Made by a program: the position numbers and the translations under genes
From: an uncultured bacterium
GTDB lineage: Bacteria; Krumholzibacteriota; Krumholzibacteriia; Krumholzibacteriales; Krumholzibacteriaceae
Length of the DNA: 64,000 nt
Assembly: GCA_963786935.1 (NCBI GenBank)
Contig: CAWBAN010000001.1
Coordinates: 992,001 to 1,056,000, forward strand
Direction of reading: 5' to 3'
Notes under the pieces: model-generated
The model's database searches: none
What the model was told of the DNA's origin: nothing
The model's input: the letters and a program-made list of their open reading frames with translations, nothing else
Part shown: in pieces, positions 19,206 to 29,350 of the stretch
How positions within the stretch are numbered: position 1 is the stretch's first letter
Layout of the letters: each line of letters starts with the position of its first letter

Positions 19206-20885
19206 TCAGAATATGGGAGGCTCCTGATATTCGCCGAAGACTTCCCTGAGCGCGGCGATGATCTCCCCTTCCGTGCAGTAGCAGCGCGCGCAGTCGAGGA
19301 TGATGGGCATCAGATTGTCCGTCCCCCGCGCCGCTTTCCCGAGCCGCGCGAGCTCCCGCGCGGCCTTGTCGTTGTCGCGGTCGGCGCGGACCCTGCGCAC
19401 GGCGTTCCGCTGCTCGATCTCGACCTCCGGCTCGATTTTGAGAATCGGAATCTCGATCTTCTCGCCTTCGATCTGGAAGCGGTTCACGCCGACGACGATC
19501 TTCCGCTCGCGCTCGACCGCCTTCTGGTATTCGTACGCGGCGCGGCCGATCTCCCGCTGGAAGAATCCCGCCTCGATCGCCTTGACGACGCCGCCGAGCT
19601 CGTCCACCTTCCGGAAATAATCCTCCGCCTGCTCCTCCATCTCCCGCGTCTTCGCCTCGATGAAGTAGCTCCCCGCGAGCGGGTCGATCGTGTTGATCAC
19701 TCCCGTCTCGTGCGCGATGAGCTGCTGCGTGCGGAGCGCGATCCGGACCGCCTTCTCCGACGGGAGCGCGAGCGTCTCGTCCATCGAGTTCGTGTGGAGC
19801 GAATTCGTGCCGCCGAGGACGGCGGAGAGCGCCTGGAACGCGGTCCGCACGATGTTGTTCTCCGGCTGCTGCGCGGTCAGCGAGCACCCGGCGGTCTGCG
19901 TATGGAAGCGGCACAGCCACGATCGCGGATCCTTGGCGCCGTACTTGTCGCGCATCCGCTTCGCCCAGATGCGCCGCGCGGCGCGGTACTTGGCGATCTC
20001 CTCGAAGAAGTCGAGGTGCGCGTTGAAGAAGAAGGACAGGCGCGGGGCGAACACGTCGACGTCGAGCCCCGCCGCGATGCCGGCCTCGACGTAGGCGAAG
20101 CCGTCCGCGAGCGTGAAGGCGAGCTCCTGGACCGCGGTCGAGCCGGCCTCCCTGATATGGTAGCCGCTGATGCTGATCGTGTTCCATTTCGGAACGCGCT
20201 CCGCGCAGAACGCGAGGATGTCCGTGATGAGCCGCATCGAGGGCTCCGGCGGGAAGATCCACGACTTCTGCGCGATGTACTCCTTGAGAATGTCGTTCTG
20301 TATCGTGCCGCCCATTTGATCGAACCGCGCGCCCTTCTTCTCCCCCGCGCACAGGTAGAAGGCGAGGAGGATCGAGGCGGGGGCGTTGATCGTCATCGAG
20401 GTCGTGATCTTCGCCGGATCGATCCCGTCGAACAGGATCTCCATGTCGCGGAGCGAATCGATCGCCACGCCGCACCGGCCGACCTCCCCCTCGGCGCGCG
20501 GATGGTCCGAGTCGTAGCCCATGATGGTGGGCATGTCGAACGCGACGCTCAGCCCCGTCTGGCCGTGATCGAGGAGGTAGTGATAGCGGCCATTCGTGTC
20601 CCGCGGCGTCCCGAAGCCGGAGAACTGCCGCATCGTCCAGAAACGCCCCCGGTACATCGTCGGATAGACGCCCCGCGTGAAGGGATAATCGCCGGGGAAG
20701 CCGAGGTCGCGGAGGGAATCCATGCCGCCGGCGTCGAGCTCCGTGTAGAGCGGATTCACCGGTTCCGACGACACCGTCGTGAAATCGATGTCCTGTACCG
20801 GCTCCGCCGCGAACGCGCGCTCCCACCGCGCCTTCGCCTCGTCGAGCCCCGTTCCCCTTTTCTTCTTCGTCGGCACTGCCAGCAC
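19206..20885 (-). CDS. icmA: Isobutyryl-CoA mutase-type large subunit
   Basis: [10 protein letters not shown] (Phe) and [12 protein letters not shown] (Gln) at the two specificity positions; next to thiolase and hbd. Confidence 0.8.
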   Translation of the reverse strand: MLAVPTKKKRGTGLDEAKARWERAFAAEPVQDIDFTTVSSEPVNPLYTELDAGGMDSLRDLGFPGDYPFTRGVYPTMYRGRFWTMRQFSGFGTPRDTNGRYHYLLDHGQTGLSVAFDMPTIMGYDSDHPRAEGEVGRCGVAIDSLRDMEILFDGIDPAKITTSMTINAPASILLAFYLCAGEKKGARFDQMGGTIQNDILKEYIAQKSWIFPPEPSMRLITDILAFCAERVPKWNTISISGYHIREAGSTAVQELAFTLADGFAYVEAGIAAGLDVDVFAPRLSFFFNAHLDFFEEIAKYRAARRIWAKRMRDKYGAKDPRSWLCRFHTQTAGCSLTAQQPENNIVRTAFQALSAVLGGTNSLHTNSMDETLALPSEKAVRIALRTQQLIAHETGVINTIDPLAGSYFIEAKTREMEEQAEDYFRKVDELGGVVKAIEAGFFQREIGRAAYEYQKAVERERKIVVGVNRFQIEGEKIEIPILKIEPEVEIEQRNAVRRVRADRDNDKAARELARLGKAARGTDNLMPIILDCARCYCTEGEIIAALREVFGEYQEPPIF

Positions 20886-20903
20886 CTCTCTTTGCGGACG
20901 CGC

Positions 20904-21878
20904 CTACAGCCGCATCGTGCCCGCGAACAGCTCCTCGAGCTCCCGGACGAGCCGCGAGGGGGACACGCGTCCCGCGTACACGGCCTCCATTTTCGATTCG
21001 ATCATGCTCCTGATATTCGCATTGTCCCAGATCCGCTTCTCCATCCGATCCATGAACGCGTCGCGGACGCGTGAATGGAGCACGCGCCGGCGCTTCGCCT
21101 CGAGAAGCCCCCGCTCCTCGAGGTAGCGGCGGTGCTCGTCGATCCGCTCCGCGATCTCGTCGATCCCCTCCGACTTGAGCGCCGAGGAGAGCACGACCGG
21201 CGGCGTCCAAGCGCCGGCGGCCGTTTCCTTGATCCGCAGCGTGTCCTCGAGCACGCGCGCCGCGCCGATCGCGTCGGGGTGATCGGATTTGTTCATGACG
21301 AAGATGTCGCCGATCTCCATGAGCCCCGCCTTCATCGCCTGCACGCCGTCCCCCGACTCGGGCACGAGGATCACGACGACGGTGTGCGCCTTCTCGGCGA
21401 TCTCGAGCTCCGACTGGCCGACGCCGACCGTCTCGATGAACACGAGGTCCTTGCCGAACGCGTCGAGCAGATCGGCGACCTCGTCGGTGCAGTTCGAAAT
21501 GCCGCCGAGGCTCCCCCGGCTCGCGAGGCTCCGGACGAAGACCCCCGGATCGTCCGCGAGCTTCTGCATGCGGATCCGGTCGCCGAGGAGCGCCCCGCCG
21601 CTGAACGGGCTCGTCGGATCGACGGCGATGATCCCGAGGTTCGCCCCCCTGCCCCGATAGAGGCGGGAGAGCTTGTACACGAGGCTGCTCTTCCCCGCGC
21701 CGGGAGGCCCGGTGAATCCGACCCGGAAGGCCCCCTTCGCCCGGGGAAAGATCCCGTCCATGACCGTCTCGGCGGCGGCTCCCCCGTCCTCGATGATCGT
21801 GATGAGCCGCGCCGCGGCGGCCGTGGAGCCGCCTGCAAATCCTTCGAGAAGCCCCGCTATATCGTAGCCGTGTCCCAT
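20904..21878 (-). CDS. meaB: Mutase-associated GTPase chaperone MeaB
   Basis: GPPGAGKS, VDPTSPFSGGALLGDRIRM, ETVGVGQSE, NKSD. Confidence 0.93.
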   Translation of the reverse strand: MGHGYDIAGLLEGFAGGSTAAAARLITIIEDGGAAAETVMDGIFPRAKGAFRVGFTGPPGAGKSSLVYKLSRLYRGRGANLGIIAVDPTSPFSGGALLGDRIRMQKLADDPGVFVRSLASRGSLGGISNCTDEVADLLDAFGKDLVFIETVGVGQSELEIAEKAHTVVVILVPESGDGVQAMKAGLMEIGDIFVMNKSDHPDAIGAARVLEDTLRIKETAAGAWTPPVVLSSALKSEGIDEIAERIDEHRRYLEERGLLEAKRRRVLHSRVRDAFMDRMEKRIWDNANIRSMIESKMEAVYAGRVSPSRLVRELEELFAGTMRL

Positions 21879-21884
21879 CGTCCC

Positions 21885-22412
21885 TCAGTATTCGACGCCC
21901 TTGCGCGCCGGCACGCCCCGGCTGTAGTGATGCCGTATCTCGCGCATCTCGGTCACCGTGTCGGCGAGATCCATCATCTCCTGCGGGGCGTAACGCCCCG
22001 TGAGAATGAGCTCGAGGCGCTCGGGCTTCGCCCGCATGAACGCGAGCGCCTCGGCGAGATCGACGAGCTTGTAGGCGACCGCTATGTTGAGCTCGTCGAG
22101 GATCAGCATGTCGAGCCCTTCCTCCCGCACGAGCTCGTTGGCCCGCCGCCAGCCTTTCGCGGCGAGCTCACGGTCGATCGGATCGGGATTGACCGCGTCG
22201 ACGAACTCGTCCCGCCCGTGCTGCTCGATCGTGAACCCGTCGAGCTTCGCGGCGGCCGCGAGCTCTCCGTAGAGCCGTCCCTTCATGAACTGGATCATCA
22301 CGACGCGCCTGCCGTGCCCCACCGCGCGGAGCGCCGCGCCGAGGGCCGCGGTCGTCTTGCCCTTTCCGTCGCCGGTGTAGAGCTGAATCGTCCCCCGTTC
22401 GGAATCCCTCAT
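21885..22412 (-). CDS. cobO: Cob(I)yrinic acid a,c-diamide adenosyltransferase (CobO/BtuR)
   Basis: YTGDGKGKTTAA, QFMKG, ILDE, LTGR, ARKGVEY. Confidence 0.92.
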   Translation of the reverse strand: MRDSERGTIQLYTGDGKGKTTAALGAALRAVGHGRRVVMIQFMKGRLYGELAAAAKLDGFTIEQHGRDEFVDAVNPDPIDRELAAKGWRRANELVREEGLDMLILDELNIAVAYKLVDLAEALAFMRAKPERLELILTGRYAPQEMMDLADTVTEMREIRHHYSRGVPARKGVEY

Positions 22413-22480
22413 TCGAGCCTCTCCTCCGCGGCGGACCGGTCCCCGGCCACGGGCTCCGCCGCAACGCCATAAGACTTTGG

Positions 22481-22509
22481 AGATTATACTAATTGAGCTC
22501 ATTTGTCAA
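22481..22509 (-). promoter_or_regulatory. Sigma70-like promoter for the cobO-meaB-icm operon
   Basis: TTGACA followed by TATAAT (N15) or TAATCT (N17) in an AT-rich patch. Confidence 0.6.
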
Positions 22510-22557
22510 TGCCGCGCGGGAGGGCCCCGGAAAGGCCCGGACGGGCAGAGCGCCGGA

Positions 22558-24261
22558 TCAGGTGATCGTCTGCTCCGTCCGCGCCTCGGTCGGCTCTTTG
22601 ATGAGCGGGAGAGTGATGAGGAAGGTCGCCCCTTTGCCGTCGGCGCTCGTGACGGAAATATTGCCGCCGTGATCCTTCACGATCCGATGCGCGAAGGCGA
22701 GCCCGAGACCGGAACCCTCTTCTTTCGTCGTGTAGAAGGGGGTGAATATCTTGTGGATCTGCTCGTTCGGGATCCCTTCCCCGTTGTCCGAGATCTGAAT
22801 GCAGATGGTATCGCCGTTCTGCCAGGTGCCGAGCCTGATGATCCCGCTGTCGCCGATCGCCTCGACGGCGTTCTGGATGATGTTGAGGAACACCTCGTGG
22901 ATCTTCACGACGTCGAAGTAGCTGTGCGGCAAGTCGGGCGCGAGGCTCCGCAGGATCGAGATGTTGCGATCCTCGAAATCCTTCTGGAGCAGCTGGCAGT
23001 TGTCCTCGATGACCTGGTTGATGTCCCCCTCCTCCAGCTTGATCTCGCTCACCTTCGTCTGAAGGCTCTCGAGGTACCGCTCGAGCCGGAGCGCCTCGTT
23101 CATGATGATCTCGAGCTTGTCCCGGTCCGGCCCCGTAATCGTCGAGGAATGAAAAAGGTTCCGCGCGAAGCCTCCGATCGAAACGAGCGGATTCTTGATC
23201 TCGTGAATGACCGACGAGGTGAGCTCTCCCGAAATCGCGAGCCGCTCGGCCTTCATGATCCGCTCCTCGTACGCCTTGAGCTTCCGGTAGGTCGCCTTGA
23301 GGCTCTCGACGTTCTTCTTGAGCGATTCCTTGAGCTGCGCCGCCCGGAGCGACGTCGTCGCGTGGGCCACGATCATCTCGAGCAGGTGGGCGTCCTCCGC
23401 GGTGATCGCCTTCCCCGTGAAAATGTTGTCGACGATGAGAAGCCCGATGCTGTCCTCGATGGTCGCGATGGGGCAGATGCAGAAATCCTCGAGCCCGAGC
23501 GCCTCGGCGACCCGGGAATCGGATTCGGACTTGAGGTCCCCCTTCTTCACGAACCGGACCTCGTGCATGCCCCTGATGATGACTCCCTCGATGTCGTTGA
23601 TGGCGACCGAGAGCTGGCTCGTGACCTTCGTCAGCGGGCTGCTGCGCAGGTAATGGAGCTTCTGCCCCTTGCTCACGAGCTTGTCGAGGGACAGCGTCTC
23701 GTCCTTTTCGAGTATCCGCCAGATGCTGTCGGCCTCCTCGGGGGAGGACGGCCCGAGGGCGTACTTCCCGCGAAGCACGTCGAATTCCTGCCCCCGCAGA
23801 AAGGCGAAGGCGCGGTTGAAGCCGAGCCCCTGCTTGGCCGTGATGACGGTGAGAATGGCGAGGATGATGTCCTCTTCCTTGTCGAGGTGCGAGATGATCT
23901 TGCTCACCTCGCCGAGGAGATTCATGAGCTTGCTCCGGCGGATGACCTCCATGTAGAGATCCTCCACCTTTTTCGAATACATGGAGGACCGGATGAGCGC
24001 GTCTTCCATGGTCTCGAGAAGGGTGATATCGACCCACCGGCGCCCCTTCATGCGCTCTTTGAGCTGCTTGAAGAACGGGCACTTGAAGCAGCACTGGATG
24101 AGCTTTTCCTCGAGACGCGGAAACACGCGGTCGCCGCAGCGGTGGCCGGTGATCTCCCAGCACGGGGCGTTCTCCCGCCCGTGCGCCGGGCAATCGGTCT
24201 TCTCGCAGGAGAGATACTCCCAGCAGGTGTTCAGCTTGCTCGAATACTTGTCGTCTTTCAT
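22558..24261 (-). CDS. Sensor histidine kinase with N-terminal Cys-rich (two-CW-like) domain and GAF domain
   Basis: CWE..C..CP..CWE..C..CC..C, GFNRAFAF GAF segment, H-box HEIKNPL, NAVEA, DNGEGI, GSGLGL. Confidence 0.88.
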   Translation of the reverse strand: MKDDKYSSKLNTCWEYLSCEKTDCPAHGRENAPCWEITGHRCGDRVFPRLEEKLIQCCFKCPFFKQLKERMKGRRWVDITLLETMEDALIRSSMYSKKVEDLYMEVIRRSKLMNLLGEVSKIISHLDKEEDIILAILTVITAKQGLGFNRAFAFLRGQEFDVLRGKYALGPSSPEEADSIWRILEKDETLSLDKLVSKGQKLHYLRSSPLTKVTSQLSVAINDIEGVIIRGMHEVRFVKKGDLKSESDSRVAEALGLEDFCICPIATIEDSIGLLIVDNIFTGKAITAEDAHLLEMIVAHATTSLRAAQLKESLKKNVESLKATYRKLKAYEERIMKAERLAISGELTSSVIHEIKNPLVSIGGFARNLFHSSTITGPDRDKLEIIMNEALRLERYLESLQTKVSEIKLEEGDINQVIEDNCQLLQKDFEDRNISILRSLAPDLPHSYFDVVKIHEVFLNIIQNAVEAIGDSGIIRLGTWQNGDTICIQISDNGEGIPNEQIHKIFTPFYTTKEEGSGLGLAFAHRIVKDHGGNISVTSADGKGATFLITLPLIKEPTEARTEQTIT

Positions 24262-24385
24262 GGCCGCCATTCCTCGCTGGAAAAATAGCACGCGGCCAAA
24301 CGGTTCGTAAAGCGGGAAATGCGGGCTGCACGGCGGCCTTCGGAACATCGAATTTACGCGGCTATCCGCATTCCGTTACGGCTCT

Positions 24386-25024
24386 TCAGCGATAGATCGA
24401 TTTGATCGATCCCCATGACGCCTCTTCGGTCGCCGTCGTGCACGCGTTCGCCGAGCCGGGCGTCGGATAGCATCCGGTGCCCGCCGGAACGCACGCGGAC
24501 GTGCACGGATTATGGGCGTCGAACACCACCCACACCGCCGGCGCGCCGGCGCGCCTCCCGATCGAGCGGTCGTCGCGGGCCGCCGCCTCGGCGAACGTGA
24601 AGCCGTCGACGGCGGCGGTATCGGCTCCCGCGATGCGGTAGAGCGAGATGCGGTCTCCCGCGTTGTTCAGGCTCAGCCCGTAGACGGGAAAACCGTTCGC
24701 CTCCTCCCATGCCCGCGAATCGCTCCCATACACGACGCGCACGCCGCCGGCCGCGAGCGTGCCCGAGAATCCGTACCGCCACACGGGGCTCCCCTCACCG
24801 TCCGCGAGCCGGTATCCGGCGAGATCGACGGCGGCCGCGCCGAGATTGATGATCTCCACCCATTCGTCGTCGCGCGAGCTCAGAGCGCCGTCTCCGTCCC
24901 AATCCCTCGCGGGATCGGCGACGAACTCGTTGATGACGAGCTGCGCCGCGCAGTCGGAAGCGCGCGGGACCGCGGCCATCGAAAAAAGAGCGAGGAATAA
25001 GAAGAAACGGAATATCTTCCTCAT
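24386..25024 (-). CDS. Secreted lamin-tail-domain protein with C-terminal SWGSIKSIYR motif
   Basis: Signal peptide, LVINEF..DP, DEWVEIIN, LNNAGD, PTPGSAN. Confidence 0.82.
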   Translation of the reverse strand: MRKIFRFFLFLALFSMAAVPRASDCAAQLVINEFVADPARDWDGDGALSSRDDEWVEIINLGAAAVDLAGYRLADGEGSPVWRYGFSGTLAAGGVRVVYGSDSRAWEEANGFPVYGLSLNNAGDRISLYRIAGADTAAVDGFTFAEAAARDDRSIGRRAGAPAVWVVFDAHNPCTSACVPAGTGCYPTPGSANACTTATEEASWGSIKSIYR

Positions 25025-25205
25025 CGTCGTCCTCCCTTCACCAACACCCCGGAAAATACTCCCTGACGGGGTTTGCATCGTGCCGCCGTGCAGACCCGTC
25101 GAGTCGCATCCTAACATGGCCGCGCCCCGGAAGGCGAGATGTTTTTCCGGGGCGCGCGAGAGCGGATATGAGCAGGAAAGCTCGAGAACCTGACGCTGCC
25201 GGTCG

Positions 25206-25853
25206 CTACCGGTAGAGCGCCTTGATACCTCCCCAGGATTCATCCTCCGCGCCGACCACGGAAAGCTTCGCCACCTTGATCTGGAACGCGAGCCGCGATT
25301 GCGTGGGCGCGGCGCCGGTCCAAGCGAGCGTCGCGGTCCCCGTCAGGGTGAATCCGTTCGAGAGCGGTGCGCCCGATATCCAGAGGATGTCGAGGCCCGG
25401 ACCGACCGCATTCGAAACGTCTCCGACGTTCACGCCGTTGAGAACGAGATCCCGCACGATGACGCTCCGGTCCGCCTCGACCGCCCTCGCTCGAATGAAG
25501 ATGTCCCCGAACATCGGGAAAGGAGTCGCATACGTGAGAACCTTCCCCCCGAGGGCGAAAGTGACGATTCGCGTTCCGCTGTCGTACGTGAGCGTGAACG
25601 GCTCGACCGCGCCGCTGATCCACGGATACTGGGCGGTCGTATTGGGCGCCGCGGTGCTCTGTCCGAGATCGAGCTCGAAGGTCGCAGCTCCCCCGAGATC
25701 GCCGATCCTTCCCTCGGCGACGAAGATCGTGTCCGAGATGAGCGCGAGCAGCTCGGCGTCGGTCGCGAGATGCGACACGGTGAACGCCGAGGCGCCCGTC
25801 GAAAGCAGGAGTATCAGCCCGAAGGCCGCGAGCGATGCGATAACGAATCTCAT
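25206..25853 (-). CDS. Secreted beta-rich protein (choice-of-anchor W-like) with C-terminal SWGGIKALYR motif
   Basis: Signal peptide ending ASA; AEGRIG, FELDLG and SRLAFQIK segments. The family call is from recall. Confidence 0.7.
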   Translation of the reverse strand: MRFVIASLAAFGLILLLSTGASAFTVSHLATDAELLALISDTIFVAEGRIGDLGGAATFELDLGQSTAAPNTTAQYPWISGAVEPFTLTYDSGTRIVTFALGGKVLTYATPFPMFGDIFIRARAVEADRSVIVRDLVLNGVNVGDVSNAVGPGLDILWISGAPLSNGFTLTGTATLAWTGAAPTQSRLAFQIKVAKLSVVGAEDESWGGIKALYR

Positions 25854-26057
25854 GCGAATCCCCTTTTCCTCAATAGCTCCGGGCATCTCCGGAAGGAGTC
25901 GATTGTCCAACCTAGAAAACACCTGAAACTAACCTTGCAACTCTCTCGTTTTGATTATGTTATCATATTTCGCGGGCAATGTCCAGCAGAACCGAGGCCC
26001 TTTTTCACCGAGCGTTTCCCTCCATCCTCTTTGAATATATTCGCCCCGGAAATGGAA

Positions 26058-26083
26058 AATGGAAGGCCGCGGGGCCTTCCATT
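26058..26083 (-). terminator. Intrinsic terminator candidate after the DUF6249-like gene
   Basis: AATGGAAGGCC-GCGG-GGCCTTCCATT 11-bp inverted repeat with a T-rich tail on the minus strand. Confidence 0.6.
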
Positions 26084-26132
26084 CGTCATAGCGCCGTAAC
26101 GGCGAACCCCGGGGGCCAGGGTTCCCGGCATG

Positions 26133-26516
26133 CTACTTGTTCTTCATATCCTTCCTCTCGAACCAAGCGGCGAGCAGCAGACCGATCCCGAGCCCTGTCG
26201 GTATGAGCCCCCAGATGCCGTGTCTCGGATCGTCCTGCTGTCCGATGGTGATCGATATCATTACAGCCACGCCGATGAGCGTAATGACGAGCCCCCAGGC
26301 GCGGATCGCGAGGTACCGGGGCTTATCGGCCTTCGGCTGACACGGGGCCGATTCCGGAATCGGAATGCCCTTTTCCATCGCCAGGATGCGCTCCTTGTGC
26401 TTGAGCTCCTCTTCCTTCCCTTTCGTGATCACGCCGACGATCGCAATCGCCATACCGCCGACGACGGCGACGATCGGAATCAACATCGCAACGACTCCCG
26501 CATCGATACCGAACAT
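26133..26516 (-). CDS. Small membrane protein (DUF6249-like)
   Basis: TM helix, HKERILAMEKG, two more TM helices; divergent from the ECF sigma factor; AAAGGAG RBS. Confidence 0.75.
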   Translation of the reverse strand: MFGIDAGVVAMLIPIVAVVGGMAIAIVGVITKGKEEELKHKERILAMEKGIPIPESAPCQPKADKPRYLAIRAWGLVITLIGVAVMISITIGQQDDPRHGIWGLIPTGLGIGLLLAAWFERKDMKNK

Positions 26517-26591
26517 TGCGAACTCCTTTCTCGAGACTGCCTGCTGCCGCTGAAACCTTCTCAGGTCGTTTCCTTGCCCTTTCGCACGTAT

Positions 26592-26618
26592 GACAGGAGC
26601 GGCCGCCGGTTTGTTTCA
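26592..26618 (-). promoter_or_regulatory. ECF-type promoter for the DUF6249-like gene
   Basis: TGAAAC-N13-CTCC-TGTC. Confidence 0.6.
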
Positions 26619-26712
26619 TCTATTTTCACCCTTGTTTCAGCTATTCTCACCATCGTCGAAATCGCCCGAAGTGCCCCCTATCGCCGTTTCGGCGGATATG
26701 CGATAATTCCCC

Positions 26713-26739
26713 TGAAACTTTCAGGGACATTCTCCTGTC
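26713..26739 (+). promoter_or_regulatory. ECF-type (auto)promoter for sigma/anti-sigma
   Basis: TGAAAC-N13-CTCC-TGTC, same architecture as the divergent site. Confidence 0.6.
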
Positions 26740-26762
26740 GAATCAATATGGAGGTACTCCGT

Positions 26763-27338
26763 TTGCAGGACACCGGGGAACGCGAGCTCGTGCAAAAGGC
26801 GCTCGCGGGGGATGAACGGGCGTTCCGGAAGATGCTGGAACGCCACTACACGCTCATCTACTCGGTCGTGCGCGGCCTGGCGGGACAGCGCGCGGAAACG
26901 GACGATATCGTGCAGGAGGTCTTCATCAAGATATTCAGGGCCCTCGGGGATTTCCGGGGGGAGTCGAGGCTTTCGACGTGGATCTACCGCATCGCCCGCA
27001 ACGAGGCGCTCAACGCGGTCGACCGGCGGAGGCCCACGGTGATCCCCATCGAGGACTGCATGGAGCTCCCCGATTCGGGCGAGAGCCCCGATGAGTCCCT
27101 CCGCCGTCGAATGAGCGGGGAGCGTCTCGATCGCTTCCTGAACCGGCTCGACGAGAAGCAGCGCGTCGCGATCGAGCTTCGATACATCGGCGAGAAATCG
27201 TACGAAGAAATCGCGGATATCATGGATATTCCGCTCGGGACCGTGAAAACGCATATTTACCGCGCGAAGCTTTCGCTCAAGCGGATGATGACCGCGGCCG
27301 GAGCGAAGGCGCTCGAGAAAGGTTTCGGCGAACTATGA
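26763..27338 (+). CDS. ECF RNA polymerase sigma factor
   Basis: DIVQEVF, STWIYRIARN, SYEEIA..MDIPLGTVKTHIYRAK; TTG after GGAGGT (alternative ATG 26748). Confidence 0.92.
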   Translation: MQDTGERELVQKALAGDERAFRKMLERHYTLIYSVVRGLAGQRAETDDIVQEVFIKIFRALGDFRGESRLSTWIYRIARNEALNAVDRRRPTVIPIEDCMELPDSGESPDESLRRRMSGERLDRFLNRLDEKQRVAIELRYIGEKSYEEIADIMDIPLGTVKTHIYRAKLSLKRMMTAAGAKALEKGFGEL

Positions 27339-27847
27339 ATTGCACCCGGATCGAAGAGCTCCTCGTTCAGTATCTCGAAGGGGACCTGACGGCGGACGAA
27401 ATGCGGGCGGTCGACGCCCACGTCGATTCATGCGCCGAGTGCCGCCGCTCGCTCGACGCGTTCCTCGCGCTCGAGGATTCCCTCGGCGCCCTGAAGGAGA
27501 CCGTTCCCCCGTGGAAAGCGGCCGAGGCGAGGTTCGTCCGAGGCGCCGGTCTCGGGCGGCGGCGTTCGCTCGCCGCGTCCGTGCTCAACGCGCCCGTCTT
27601 CGCCGGGCTCTCCTTCATCGCGCTCGGCGTCGTGCTCTTTCTTCGGGGGAACGTCCTCTTCCCCGCGATCCGGTCGCTCGGCCCCCGGTTCGCGGCCTCT
27701 TTCGACTCCCTCGTGCAGAGCCTCTCCCGGTTGTTTGCGGACGCGGCCGGCGTGAACGTCGTCCTGCTCGTCGCGATATACGGGCTCCTCACCCTCATGC
27801 TCATGTGCGGAACCAGCGCGCTCGTATTCAGATTCGGGAGGAAATAG
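27335..27847 (+). CDS. Zinc-finger (ZAS, zf-HC2) membrane anti-sigma factor
   Basis: HVDSCAEC (HxxxCxxC), two TM helices, ATGA overlap with sigma. Confidence 0.88.
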   Translation: MNCTRIEELLVQYLEGDLTADEMRAVDAHVDSCAECRRSLDAFLALEDSLGALKETVPPWKAAEARFVRGAGLGRRRSLAASVLNAPVFAGLSFIALGVVLFLRGNVLFPAIRSLGPRFAASFDSLVQSLSRLFADAAGVNVVLLVAIYGLLTLMLMCGTSALVFRFGRK

Positions 27848-27910
27848 GAGAGGCGGACCTTCGAGCGGCGTTCGACGTTCAGGGGAGGCATTCGATCTTC
27901 GGGACGGCGT

Positions 27911-29342
<1,432 letters not shown>

Positions 29343-29350
<8 letters not shown>

